Part shown: positions 19,335 to 29,149 of the stretch, piece after piece
Layout of the letters: each line of letters opens with the position of its first letter
Numbering within the stretch: the first letter of the stretch is position 1
Program-made: the position numbers and the translations under genes
From: an uncultured Pelagibacteraceae bacterium
GTDB taxonomy: Bacteria > Pseudomonadota > Alphaproteobacteria > Pelagibacterales > Pelagibacteraceae
NCBI GenBank assembly: GCA_902534465.1
Contig: CACAPU010000004.1
Coordinates: 16,403 to 80,402 of the forward strand
Direction of reading: 5' to 3'
Length of the DNA stretch: 64,000 nt
Notes under the pieces: model-generated
What the model saw: only the letters and a program-made list of their open reading frames with translations
Database searches by the model: none
Told to the model about the DNA's origin: nothing

Positions 19335-20246
19335 TTAATCTAAAGCTACCACAGCTGCAGCAATTGAGGCTAGTCTTGCTGTCGCATCATCTGATCTACT
19401 TGTTATTACAACTGGGACTTTACCACCAACAACTACACCAGCTGCACAAGCTCCCATAAAATATATCATCATCTTTACTAAAGCATTTCCAGCCTCTACA
19501 TTTGGAACTAATAAAACATCTGCATCTCCTGCAACTTCATTTTTAATTCCTTTTATAGTTGCTGATTTTTTAGAAACACTATTATCAAACGCTAGGGGGC
19601 CAAATATATCTGCGTTAAAATTTTCTTTGCTAGCCAATCTACAAATTTCCTTAGCATCAATTGAACTTTGCATACTATCCAAAACTTCCTCTGTGGCTGA
19701 CAAAATAGAAACTTTAGGTCTTGCAATTTTTATTCTGTGACAAAAATCTATAACATTTTTTAAAATATGCATTTTTGTTTTGACATTAGGATTAACATTT
19801 AATGCGCCATCAGTTATTATTAGTGGTTCATCTTCTTTATCTAGTGTCATATGCCAAATATGACTTAATCTAGTTTTTCCTATTAAGTTATATTTTCTTA
19901 ATAAAACTTCTTTCATTAACACATCAGTATGTATATGACCTTTGACTATAATCTTTACATCACCATCGCCTGCTAGTTTAGCAGCAACTTTAGCAGTATT
20001 ATTTTCAATTGGTTCATGAACAATTTCATAATCAGAAATATCAAATTTTAATTCTTCAGCTATTTTTTTAATTTCCCCCTGATCACCTATCAAAACAGGA
20101 GCTATTAATTTTTCTTTAACGGCATCCATAACGGAGAGCATTGGTAGTTCCTTACCAGCATTCACAATTGCAGCTTTAATTCCTCTCTTTTGATGAGCAA
20201 TATCTAATAAATTAACTGGACAAACTGTTGATTTATCTGAAAGCAT
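19335..20246 (-). CDS. pta: Phosphate acetyl/butyryltransferase
   Basis: KGHIHT, GPLAFDN, PNVEAGNALVK, VVITSRSD; likely partner of Xsc; likely ATG at 20246. Confidence 0.85.
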   Translation of the reverse strand: MLSDKSTVCPVNLLDIAHQKRGIKAAIVNAGKELPMLSVMDAVKEKLIAPVLIGDQGEIKKIAEELKFDISDYEIVHEPIENNTAKVAAKLAGDGDVKIIVKGHIHTDVLMKEVLLRKYNLIGKTRLSHIWHMTLDKEDEPLIITDGALNVNPNVKTKMHILKNVIDFCHRIKIARPKVSILSATEEVLDSMQSSIDAKEICRLASKENFNADIFGPLAFDNSVSKKSATIKGIKNEVAGDADVLLVPNVEAGNALVKMMIYFMGACAAGVVVGGKVPVVITSRSDDATARLASIAAAVVALD

Positions 20247-20308
20247 TAAATTTATATATACTAAAATGATTAAAAAACTAATATACAAATATAGTATAAG
20301 GATAAAAT

Positions 20309-21157
20309 GTGGAAATAGTTACTAAAATTGCTCCAATCGCTTTAGCACTAATAATGTTAGGTCTAGGGTTGGGTTTAACTGGACGTGACTTTTTGAGGGT
20401 AATAAATAATCCAAAAGATTTTGTGATTGGATTTGTATGCCAATTGTTTCTTTTACCCATTGTTGCATATATTTTAATATTAATATTAAATTTACCTATA
20501 GAGATTGCATTAGGCATTATGATTATTGCTGCTGCACCAGGGGGCGTTACTACAAATGTTATGACCAAATTTGCAAATGGAGATGTGGCTTTGTCAATTT
20601 CATTAACTGCAATAATTAGTTTAATTAGCATAATTTCTGTACCATTTATTGTTTTAAAATCAGCTGATTTACTTGGTGTTACTAATATCTCAGCAGATAT
20701 TACTATGACAGCGATTACACTTAAGATGGCGTTGGTTGTTACTGTGCCAGTAATTTTAGGCATGATTATTAGAAAATTTGCAGATAATTTAATTTCCTCA
20801 AATATTTCGATTGTTAATAAAATAACAACAGCTTTGTTCGTTATTGTATTTGCTGCAATTTGGATTGAAGAAAGAGAAAATATTTTTAATTACTTAAAAC
20901 AAGCAGGCTTTGCAGTATTAGTATTAAATGTTGTAATGTTGATACTTGCTTATTATATAGCCAAATTCTTTGCAACTGGAATGAAGCAAAGAAAATGTAT
21001 AGCGATAGAATGTGGTTTACAAAATGGAACTTTGGCAGTGTTTGTAGCAACACAAATGTTTAATGATATTGCTTATATGATACCAACAGCAGCGTATGCT
21101 CTTATAATGTACTTAACTGGCTTCGCTTTAATTTTTATACTTCGAAGAGCTAATTAA
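20309..21157 (+). CDS. Bile acid:Na+ symporter (BASS) family transporter
   Basis: AAPGGVTTNV, GDVALSISLT, IECGLQNG motifs. Confidence 0.88.
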   Translation: MEIVTKIAPIALALIMLGLGLGLTGRDFLRVINNPKDFVIGFVCQLFLLPIVAYILILILNLPIEIALGIMIIAAAPGGVTTNVMTKFANGDVALSISLTAIISLISIISVPFIVLKSADLLGVTNISADITMTAITLKMALVVTVPVILGMIIRKFADNLISSNISIVNKITTALFVIVFAAIWIEERENIFNYLKQAGFAVLVLNVVMLILAYYIAKFFATGMKQRKCIAIECGLQNGTLAVFVATQMFNDIAYMIPTAAYALIMYLTGFALIFILRRAN

Positions 21158-21168
21158 TTTTTACTTTT

Positions 21169-22101
21169 TCAAAATATTTTACAAACTAAATCTGACAAAG
21201 AAGAGATATTTTGTTCTTGAATTTTAATAGTATCGCTTAATGCTTGATCTTTCATATTTATAGTGAATTGTTTTTTTTTATTAATACTAATGAATTTATT
21301 TTTTAACAAATAATTCAATTTTCTTACAACTGTAGGTCTTGGAATATGAGTTATATCAGAAATTGACATAGTATTTACCCCACCTTCTTCAACATTTACC
21401 ATATCTTTCTCCCATTCTGAAAAATTTAAACCAACACCCTCATAAGATTTATTTACTATTGAGTGACATGTTATAACCATACCTACTGAATAAATTTCAA
21501 GATCTCCTAATTGCTTTTTCCATCTTAAGGTTAAAGTAAAAATAAATATATAAAAATAGTACCAACAATATGAAAAGTTTTTCTTTAAATGCTCTGATAC
21601 TTCGTCGACATTTAAAGATTTGTCTATTAAATTTTCTTTTTTTAATATTTCAGAAATTTTTGATAATAATGCGCTCAAATTTTTAAGAGTATTTTTAGGT
21701 TGTACCAGTCTATAAGCCGACCTATCTATATAAATTTTTTTTCCAATTTTTTGAAGAACGTTTAATTTTTCAAGGTCGAGAATTTTTCTTCTAGTACTTT
21801 CCTTTGGAATATTTAAACTTTTTGATATTTCAATTATATTAATTCGATCTAATTCCAAAGATTTATCAAACATAAAAAAATTATCATAGCTCTCTATTTT
21901 TTTAATTTGTATGTAGTGCTCAAAATCTTTGTTTATTAGATAAAGAATTATCCTATACTTATCTATATCGTTAAAAACTTCATATGAAGAATTCATCCAT
22001 TCAGATATTAATCTGTAGTATGTTGGGGCAAGTTTTTCAAAATTTCCTGTGATTAATTTTTGAATATTTTTTTTTATGAGATTGTTTAGGATTTTAGTCA
22101 T
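21169..22101 (-). CDS. Hypothetical protein with two winged-helix/HTH repeats
   Basis: INIIEISKSLNIPKESTRRKILDL and VNTMSISDITHIPRPTVVRKLNYL are homologous HTH-like segments. Confidence 0.7.
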   Translation of the reverse strand: MTKILNNLIKKNIQKLITGNFEKLAPTYYRLISEWMNSSYEVFNDIDKYRIILYLINKDFEHYIQIKKIESYDNFFMFDKSLELDRINIIEISKSLNIPKESTRRKILDLEKLNVLQKIGKKIYIDRSAYRLVQPKNTLKNLSALLSKISEILKKENLIDKSLNVDEVSEHLKKNFSYCWYYFYIFIFTLTLRWKKQLGDLEIYSVGMVITCHSIVNKSYEGVGLNFSEWEKDMVNVEEGGVNTMSISDITHIPRPTVVRKLNYLLKNKFISINKKKQFTINMKDQALSDTIKIQEQNISSLSDLVCKIF

Positions 22102-22130
22102 TTTTTACAGACAACCATTCTATTATTTTA

Positions 22131-22188
22131 AACCCAAAATGGACATAAAATTAATTGTGCACAACCCATTTTGGACACAGAATTAATT
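22131..22188. promoter_or_regulatory. Operator-like 26-bp direct repeat, 32-bp period
   Basis: AACCCAAAATGGACATAAAATTAATT (22131-22156) vs AACCCATTTTGGACACAGAATTAATT (22163-22188), 21/26 identical, in a divergent intergenic region. Confidence 0.65.
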
Positions 22189-22222
22189 TTTACAAATTAT
22201 ACATGTGTTTAAATAAAACCAT

Positions 22223-22435
22223 ATGAGTTATAATAAAAATAGTAGAGCATCTGATATTGAAATTTCTTCTCAATTAACAGGTGACGTAAATATTGATACC
22301 CCTCAAAAAGTAAATATCAGTGCTCTCAAACTCAAAATTATTCAAAAAGAAAAAAAAGAAACTTTAAAGAATAGAATTTTCATTTTAACGTTTTTCATAG
22401 TCCTAGGCACTATTGGATACTTTGTGTCTAACTAA
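22223..22435 (+). CDS. Small protein with basic helix and C-terminal TM segment
   Basis: 70-aa ATG ORF; KVNISALKLKIIQKEKKE followed by a hydrophobic tail. Confidence 0.7.
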   Translation: MSYNKNSRASDIEISSQLTGDVNIDTPQKVNISALKLKIIQKEKKETLKNRIFILTFFIVLGTIGYFVSN

Positions 22436-22525
22436 GTCTTTTTAGTTTCATAATTTAAATTTAATTCAAGTACATAAGGGCATATCAACTGTTGTAATAA
22501 ATAATAATTTGTAAATAATAAAGTA

Positions 22526-22861
22526 ATGAAACCATTTACTGGATATCTAATATTAGCTTTAGGAATAACCACAGGAATAGCAGCAAATAGTTTTGCAAAA
22601 ATTTCTGAAGGATTTACAAAATTAACTCCTACAATTGCTTGCTTACTATTAATGACTGTAACAATGTTTTCTTTAGCAAAAGCAATGTCTGTAATACCTG
22701 TTGCTTTTAGTTACTCTACTTATAGCGGTTTAACAGTAGCAGGAGTAGTAATCTTTGGTATGCTAAAATATAATCAAGTACCTAATGTTTATGGTTTTAT
22801 TGGAATTTGTCTGATCGTAACAGGAGTTATAATGGTAAATTATTTAGGACGCGCTGGCTAA
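22526..22861 (+). CDS. SMR/DMT family small transporter
   Basis: 111 aa, 4 TM segments, KISEGFTK and IPVAFSYSTYSG motifs; the usual TM1 Glu appears to be absent. Confidence 0.8.
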   Translation: MKPFTGYLILALGITTGIAANSFAKISEGFTKLTPTIACLLLMTVTMFSLAKAMSVIPVAFSYSTYSGLTVAGVVIFGMLKYNQVPNVYGFIGICLIVTGVIMVNYLGRAG

Positions 22862-22870
22862 AAATTTTTA

Positions 22871-23875
22871 CTATTTAAGAAGAGTTTGAATATCTTCTTT
22901 TATATTTTCTGGTATTTTTATTTCAGATTTTAAATTCTTTTTAAATCTTCTTAATTTATTTTCCCCAGGGTATAATATCTTTTTTAGTCCTTTAAGTTTA
23001 GGAAGTTTTTTTATTCTTTTAATATTTTCTTTAATTCTTTTTTTAAAATTTGATTGAAATAAATTTGCTTTCATTACTATAAATAAATGACCAATATTTT
23101 GTGGTCCAGAAAAATCGTCGAATGGATCTTTTACTTTCCCACCGTGATTACCTCCAGTATAAACTCCACTTAAAATATCAACCATCCATGCAAGACCAGA
23201 ACCCCTAAATCCTGCAATAGGAAGTTGAACGCCCTCAAGAGCTTTAATAGCACTGGTTGTAGGATTGCCATATTTATCTAAAGCAACACCTTCAGGTATT
23301 TTTGTATTTGTTCTTGATGCAACTCTTATTTTTCCTCTATTGATCATTGAAACAGATGTATCTAATATGAATGGTGCTTTTGATCCTGTTGGTGATCCAA
23401 AACAAATTGGGTTTGTACCAAATAAAGATTTAATTGCTCCATGCGGAGCTATAGCAGGTGGTGCATTAGTAAATACTAAGGCTATCATATTTTTTTTTAC
23501 AGCTTGTTCTGCGTAATATCCTGACATGCCGTAATGACCACTGTTTTTAACAGCCACAAGTCCTATGCCAGTTTTTTTGGCATTTTTTATAGCTTTTTTT
23601 ATAGCGGTATCAGCAGCAACAAATCCAATGCTGTCATCAGCATTTATATGAGCCACAGATTTAGAAATATTTTTTATTTTTATTTTAGGTTTAGGGTTAA
23701 TTAATTTATGATTTATTCGGTCACAGTACATTTTTAGTCTTGATAACCCATGAGTAGGAGCTCCAACTAATTCAGCATTAATTATTGCATCTGCACATAT
23801 TTTTGAATGGCTTTTTGAAAGTTTATATTTTCTAAATATATCAATTATAATTTTTTTTAGTTTATTTTTGTTCAT
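22871..23875 (-). CDS. Ldh_2 family oxidoreductase (ComC/AllD-like)
   Basis: THGLSRL, SGHYG, FGTNPI, GHLFIV, LYPGE. Confidence 0.88.
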   Translation of the reverse strand: MNKNKLKKIIIDIFRKYKLSKSHSKICADAIINAELVGAPTHGLSRLKMYCDRINHKLINPKPKIKIKNISKSVAHINADDSIGFVAADTAIKKAIKNAKKTGIGLVAVKNSGHYGMSGYYAEQAVKKNMIALVFTNAPPAIAPHGAIKSLFGTNPICFGSPTGSKAPFILDTSVSMINRGKIRVASRTNTKIPEGVALDKYGNPTTSAIKALEGVQLPIAGFRGSGLAWMVDILSGVYTGGNHGGKVKDPFDDFSGPQNIGHLFIVMKANLFQSNFKKRIKENIKRIKKLPKLKGLKKILYPGENKLRRFKKNLKSEIKIPENIKEDIQTLLK

Positions 23876-25030
23876 TTAAAGTTTTTTTAAATCTTTATTA
23901 AAAAACGAGCAAATATCATTAACCAACATATCTGGCTCCTCCAAAGCTGCAAAATGTCCACCGTTGGGAAACTTCTTCCATCTTTTTATATTAAAAATTC
24001 TATTCACGTATGATTTAGGAGGCCACTCAAGCATTTCTTTTGGAAAGATTGCTATTGCAGTTGGTACATTTATTTTTTTAAAATTTTTTGGAAAAGATCT
24101 TCCACCTTCTTTTCTTCTACCAAAATATATCCAACTAGCAGTGTTAAAACTTTTTGTTATTATATAAATCATTATATTTGATAAAAGTTCGTCTTTTGAG
24201 AATGTCTTTTCTATCTTACCCATTTTAAGATCAGACCAACCATGAAATTTTTCTAAAATCCATGCTGCTGTACCTACAGGACTATCTATCATTGCATAAG
24301 ACAAGGTTTGAGGCTTTGTAGCTTGTTGAGTTCTATATCCCTCTTGCATAATTTGATCAAAGTTAAATTTTTTTTCCCATTTTTTCTCTTTAATATTTTT
24401 TGTTCCTTTTGGATGTCTAAGTGGTAAACAATTAATATGTATGCCTTTACAATTCTTTGAGCTATCAAGACCAATCCATCCAGCAATAGTCGCCCCCCAA
24501 TCACCACCTTGTACAAAATAATTTTTATAGCCTAAGTTTTTAACCATAAATTTATTTAATATTTTTCCAATTTCTCTTGGACCTAAGGCTTTTTTGATGT
24601 GAGATGAAAATCCAAATCCTGGTAAAGACGGAACAATTACATCAAATCCATCTTCAATTTTTCCTCCATATTTTTCTGGGTGAGCAAGTCTTGGAATTAT
24701 ATCTAAAAATTCAGTTATGCTTCCTGGCCATCCATGCAAAAGTAATAATGGTCTAGATTTAGGATTTTTACTTTTTTCAAAAATAAAATGTAAGTTTATA
24801 TCTTCAACTTTAGTTTTATAATTTTTAAGTGAATTGATCTTATTTTCAAATTTCTTCCAATCATATTTTGTAATCCAGTATTTAGATATATTCTTTAGAT
24901 AATTTAAGTTGGTTCCATACTCCCAACCATTCATATTTTGAGCAGCATTCCAAGGAAAGTTTCTTACTTTTTTATAGATTTCATTAAGTGTGCTTTTAGG
25001 CACACTTATTTTGTATTGTTTGATCATCAA
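23876..25030 (-). CDS. Epoxide hydrolase (EHN family)
   Basis: LHGWPGS, QGGDWGA (Asp nucleophile), GGHFAALE. Confidence 0.9.
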   Translation of the reverse strand: MMIKQYKISVPKSTLNEIYKKVRNFPWNAAQNMNGWEYGTNLNYLKNISKYWITKYDWKKFENKINSLKNYKTKVEDINLHFIFEKSKNPKSRPLLLLHGWPGSITEFLDIIPRLAHPEKYGGKIEDGFDVIVPSLPGFGFSSHIKKALGPREIGKILNKFMVKNLGYKNYFVQGGDWGATIAGWIGLDSSKNCKGIHINCLPLRHPKGTKNIKEKKWEKKFNFDQIMQEGYRTQQATKPQTLSYAMIDSPVGTAAWILEKFHGWSDLKMGKIEKTFSKDELLSNIMIYIITKSFNTASWIYFGRRKEGGRSFPKNFKKINVPTAIAIFPKEMLEWPPKSYVNRIFNIKRWKKFPNGGHFAALEEPDMLVNDICSFFNKDLKKL

Positions 25031-26518
25031 TTAACTATGACTTATCCAAATTGTTTTTGTTTGAAGAAACGAATTAAGAGCCTCGGTGCCTTGATCTCTA
25101 CTTAATGAACCTGATTGCTTATAGCCTCCGAATGGAGTTTTAATATCTCCTTCTGAAAAAGTATTTACTGATACAGTTCCACATGGCAAACTTTTAGCTA
25201 AATGAAACGCTCTATTAATGTCCTGTGTAAATACACTAGCATGCAATCCATATTTCGAATTACTGGCGATTTTCAAAGCTTCCTCGTCATTTTTAACTGT
25301 CAAAACACCAAGCACTGGTCCAAATATTTCCTCTTGAGCTATAGTCATATTTTCTTTTAATCCATCAAATAAGGTTGGTTTTGCATAAAAACCTTTTTGG
25401 TTTTTACTTGAAACTCCTCCAGATAAAAGTTTTGCTCCTTCATCTATACCTCTTTGGATGTATCCATCAACAGTTTGTAAATGCCCTTTTGAAATCATAG
25501 ATCCCATATTTGATTTTAAATCTAACGGATCTCCTACTTTAAGTTTTTTAACTTTTTTTATAACTTTGTCTAAAAATTCGTCTTTAACTTTTTTATGTAC
25601 TATCTGCCTCATATTTGCTGAACAGTTTTGTCCTCCGTTCCAAAATGCAGAATTCATAGCATTATCAATTAAAACATCTGTAATTTTGGCGTCTTCTAAA
25701 ACTATAAAAGGACTTTTTCCTCCCATCTCTAATGCTACAGGTTTTAAATTACTTTCACTTGAGTATTTTAAGAAATAACCACCCACTTCAGTTGATCCTG
25801 TAAAGGAAACTGCATCAACATCTTTGTGTCTACCTAGAGCTTCTCCAACATCACCATAACCTGGGAGTACATTTAAAACACCATCTGGTATCCCAGCTTC
25901 TTTTCCAATTTGAGCAACTCTAATTGCTGTAAGGGGTGTATCTTCTGCTGGCTTAATTATCACCGAGCAACCTGCTGCAAGAGCTGGCGCCATCTTCCAG
26001 ACAGCCATCATTAAAGGAAAGTTCCAAGGAACAATTCCAGCAACAACTCCTATAGGTTCTTTAACAATTAAACTTGTAATGGATGGTTCAGTTGGACCAA
26101 CTTTCCCAAACACTTTATCAATTAATTCTCCATACCATTGAAAATGCATCGGTGCATCATTTGCAACTTCATTAATGCAGTCTGCGATAAGTTTACCAGT
26201 ATCTATACACTCTAAAACTGAATTTTCATCGCCATGTTTTCTAAGTAATTCAGCAAATTTTAATAAAACTTCTTTTCTATGTTCAGGTGAACTCTTAGAC
26301 CAAACTCCACTATTAAAAGCTTTTCTTGAAACTTTAACTGCTAAATCAACATCTTTATGATTACATTTTGCAACAGCGCAAAGTTTTTTACCCGTTGCAG
26401 GATTGATAGTTTCAAACTTCTTTCCATCGATTGCGTTTACATATTTACCATTAATGAATGCTCTTCCTTCAAATTTTAGTTTATTGGCTATTGATTTATA
26501 TTTATTACCTGAGCTCAT
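25031..26518 (-). CDS. NAD-dependent aldehyde dehydrogenase (PuuC-like)
   Basis: PWNFP, FTGSTEVG, LEMGGKSP, NGGQNC, EEIFGPV. Confidence 0.92.
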   Translation of the reverse strand: MSSGNKYKSIANKLKFEGRAFINGKYVNAIDGKKFETINPATGKKLCAVAKCNHKDVDLAVKVSRKAFNSGVWSKSSPEHRKEVLLKFAELLRKHGDENSVLECIDTGKLIADCINEVANDAPMHFQWYGELIDKVFGKVGPTEPSITSLIVKEPIGVVAGIVPWNFPLMMAVWKMAPALAAGCSVIIKPAEDTPLTAIRVAQIGKEAGIPDGVLNVLPGYGDVGEALGRHKDVDAVSFTGSTEVGGYFLKYSSESNLKPVALEMGGKSPFIVLEDAKITDVLIDNAMNSAFWNGGQNCSANMRQIVHKKVKDEFLDKVIKKVKKLKVGDPLDLKSNMGSMISKGHLQTVDGYIQRGIDEGAKLLSGGVSSKNQKGFYAKPTLFDGLKENMTIAQEEIFGPVLGVLTVKNDEEALKIASNSKYGLHASVFTQDINRAFHLAKSLPCGTVSVNTFSEGDIKTPFGGYKQSGSLSRDQGTEALNSFLQTKTIWISHS

Positions 26519-26730
26519 AAATTTATTTCTATAAATTTAATTTTTATTTTATTTCTTAATTTTAAATCTAAGGCACCTTTAGACTAAAATAAAGATATTA
26601 ACCAATAATAATTAATACAACTATTGATTGCAAACCCATTCTGATAATAAAATTTTCTTTTTTGTTTTACTTCGCTCTCGTTTTGAATTTAAATATCAAT
26701 AATTTAATTAAATTATAGGAGATAAATTTT

Positions 26731-27771
26731 ATGTTTATTAAAAAAATTTGTAAGACATTACTCACAGGTTTTGCAATTGCATTTTTTGCCCAAGCTGCTT
26801 ATGCAGAGATAACTCTAAAGCTTGGTACTACTGGTAGATTGGGTATGCCAATTGGTGACGCAATAGACCAGGCGTTAATACCAGCAATGGAGAAAGCATC
26901 TGGAGGTAAAATGAAAATTGAACCTCATTATCAAAGAAGCTTGTGTGCAGAGCAAAAATGTGGTGAACAAGCCAACCAAGGACTTATTGCTTTGTGGACT
27001 AGTTCTACTGCAAACTATGGTAATTTTGGACCAGAGTTAGCAATTTTCGATTTACCATTTATATTCAAATCACTTGAAGATGCGAAAAGAATCTCAGATG
27101 AATGGTTAGCTGAAAGACAGTGTAAACTTGCTCTTGAAAATGCTGGTCATATTTGCCTTTCTGTATATTCAAGTGGTGGATTTAGACAGCTTGGAAATGC
27201 AACTAAACCTGTTCATGAACCAGATGATATGAAAGGACTTAAATGGAGAACTACTAAAAGTCCAGTTGAGTTCATGCTAGTTAAAAATTGGGGCGCAACA
27301 CCAACACCTTATGACTGGAGTCAATTATATCAAGGTCTTCAATCAGGTGTAGTAGAAGGGCAGTATGTTGCAAGTCCATGGCAGCACGTTGCAAAACTTC
27401 ATGAAGTTGCAAAATATTTCACTGAGATCGGAGGAATGTGGTCTGGAAATATTTTAGCAATGGATGCTAAACAGTACAATGCATTGTCTGACCAACAAAG
27501 AAAATGGTTACACGAAGCAGCAGATGCGTATGGAGAAAAAGTAAACGAGTTGGATAACGCTTGGATTAAAAATGGTGAAGATGCAATTAAAGCATCTGCT
27601 AAAGAGTGGTATGTGCCAACAGAAGCGGAAATGACTAAGTGGAGAGCAGGTGCAATCGGTGCTTGGTTAGACGCTAAGGGTACTTTTGAACCAGAAGTAG
27701 CTAAAAGAGTACTTTTAGAACAAGGTATGGATGGATTTGTAGCTCAGTTAGAAGCAGCTGGAGCTCTATAA
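26731..27771 (+). CDS. dctP: TRAP transporter substrate-binding protein
   Basis: Signal peptide; FDLPFIF, GGFRQL, DMKGLKWR, LYQGLQSGVVEG; SD AGGAG. Confidence 0.9.
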   Translation: MFIKKICKTLLTGFAIAFFAQAAYAEITLKLGTTGRLGMPIGDAIDQALIPAMEKASGGKMKIEPHYQRSLCAEQKCGEQANQGLIALWTSSTANYGNFGPELAIFDLPFIFKSLEDAKRISDEWLAERQCKLALENAGHICLSVYSSGGFRQLGNATKPVHEPDDMKGLKWRTTKSPVEFMLVKNWGATPTPYDWSQLYQGLQSGVVEGQYVASPWQHVAKLHEVAKYFTEIGGMWSGNILAMDAKQYNALSDQQRKWLHEAADAYGEKVNELDNAWIKNGEDAIKASAKEWYVPTEAEMTKWRAGAIGAWLDAKGTFEPEVAKRVLLEQGMDGFVAQLEAAGAL

Positions 27772-27792
27772 ATCTTCAAAGAAAACAATGTG

Positions 27793-27829
27793 AAGACCAT
27801 TTAGTTCTGTTTTAGAATTAGATGGTCTT
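27793..27829 (+). terminator. Stem-loop after dctP
   Basis: AAGACCATTTAGTTCT...AGAATTAGATGGTCTT. Confidence 0.65.
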
Positions 27830-27861
27830 TACCTAAAAAAAATCATAACTTATAAATATCT

Positions 27862-29145
27862 ATGGAAAGTATTATTTTACTCGTAGTACTCCTTTTTCTA
27901 ATTTTATTAGGAGCTCCTATTGGTTTTATTTTAATACTGATACCATTTGTTTATATTCTTCTCACAGATGCAGTTCCTCTTGTTTTAATTCCTAGTCAAA
28001 TGTTTACCGCTATAGATTCAGTTCCATTGACCGCAATTGCATTCTTTATGTTGACGGGTGAATTAATGACAAGTGCAACTATTACTGACCGTTTAGTTGC
28101 TTTAAGTAGAGCGTTAATTGGGCGTATACGAGGGGGGTTGGCTCAAGTAAATGTACTTGTGAGTATGTTTTTTGCTGGCATGAATGGTTCTGTCGTAGCA
28201 GATACAGCTACAGTAGGAGCATTAGTTTTACCTGCAATGAAGAGAGCAGGTTATCCTGCTGCATTTTCAGCTGCGGTTACAGGTGTAAGTTCCACTATAG
28301 GAGGGATTATTCCACCTAGCATCATGATGATTGTGCTCGCAAACGCAACCGAGATTTCAATTGCGTCTTTATTTGCAGCCGGGATTGTTCCAGGTATTTT
28401 GATTGGTGTTGTGATAATGGTAATCAATCATTACTTTGCAGTTAAATATAACTTTGAGCGTAGCGATGAACCATTCTCAGTTCGTAGAGCTGGTAAAGAA
28501 TTATATCGCTCTTCATTTGCTCTTTTAATACCTTTAGTATTGGTAGGTTCAGTCATGGGAGGTGTGGCATCAGTTGTTGAGGCTGGAGCTATCACTGCTT
28601 TGGTTGCGTTATTTACAGGTGTATTTGTTTATCGAACTATCAAATGGAAAGATTGTACCAGTGCTTTTCGTCGGGCATTCCGTAATTCAGCAATGGTTTT
28701 TATTATAATAGCTGCTTCAGGACCTTTTAGTTGGTTACTCACTTCACTTGGTGCAATTGGTGATCTCGAAACTTGGCTTTTAGGGTTAGCAGACTCTCCT
28801 ATATTATTTATTTTGGCTTTGATATTATTCATCTTTCTTCTTGGAACGGTAATGGACTCAGCGGTTAACATTATAATTGTTGGTCCAGTATTAGTGAATG
28901 TTATGTCTCAAGCCGGCTTTCCAGAGGTGCAAGCAGCTATGGTTGTAATAGTTGGGTTCTTAATAGGATCAGTAACGCCACCAGTTGGTGTTGCCTACTT
29001 TACATCTGCAACAATAGCACAAGTCCGTCTTGAAAAGGTTGCTATCGCTTTAATTCCTTATCTGATTGGATTGTTTTTACTTTTATTTTTTATTCTTATT
29101 GTACCAGAATTAACTATGTTTCTTCCAAACCTATTGAGTAATTAA
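27862..29145 (+). CDS. dctM: TRAP large permease
   Basis: FAGMNGSVVADT, GGIIPPSI, VTPPVG. Confidence 0.92.
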   Translation: MESIILLVVLLFLILLGAPIGFILILIPFVYILLTDAVPLVLIPSQMFTAIDSVPLTAIAFFMLTGELMTSATITDRLVALSRALIGRIRGGLAQVNVLVSMFFAGMNGSVVADTATVGALVLPAMKRAGYPAAFSAAVTGVSSTIGGIIPPSIMMIVLANATEISIASLFAAGIVPGILIGVVIMVINHYFAVKYNFERSDEPFSVRRAGKELYRSSFALLIPLVLVGSVMGGVASVVEAGAITALVALFTGVFVYRTIKWKDCTSAFRRAFRNSAMVFIIIAASGPFSWLLTSLGAIGDLETWLLGLADSPILFILALILFIFLLGTVMDSAVNIIIVGPVLVNVMSQAGFPEVQAAMVVIVGFLIGSVTPPVGVAYFTSATIAQVRLEKVAIALIPYLIGLFLLLFFILIVPELTMFLPNLLSN

Positions 29146-29149
29146 TGAA

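Noticed and set aside
20278-20763. 161-aa antisense ORF, and the other short ORFs nested in or antisense to clear genes (e.g. 7450-7761, 51020-51511, 60429-60743)
   Set aside because: Shadow frames of well-supported genes, with no motifs or RBS
21150-21180. Possible frameshift truncating the tandem-HTH gene (KIF-stop versus KIFEKVKIN)
   Set aside because: It would change only a few terminal residues and cannot be told from natural variation without homologs
22131-22188. CRISPR-like repeat
   Set aside because: Only two imperfect copies, a 6-bp gap and no cas genes; better explained as an operator
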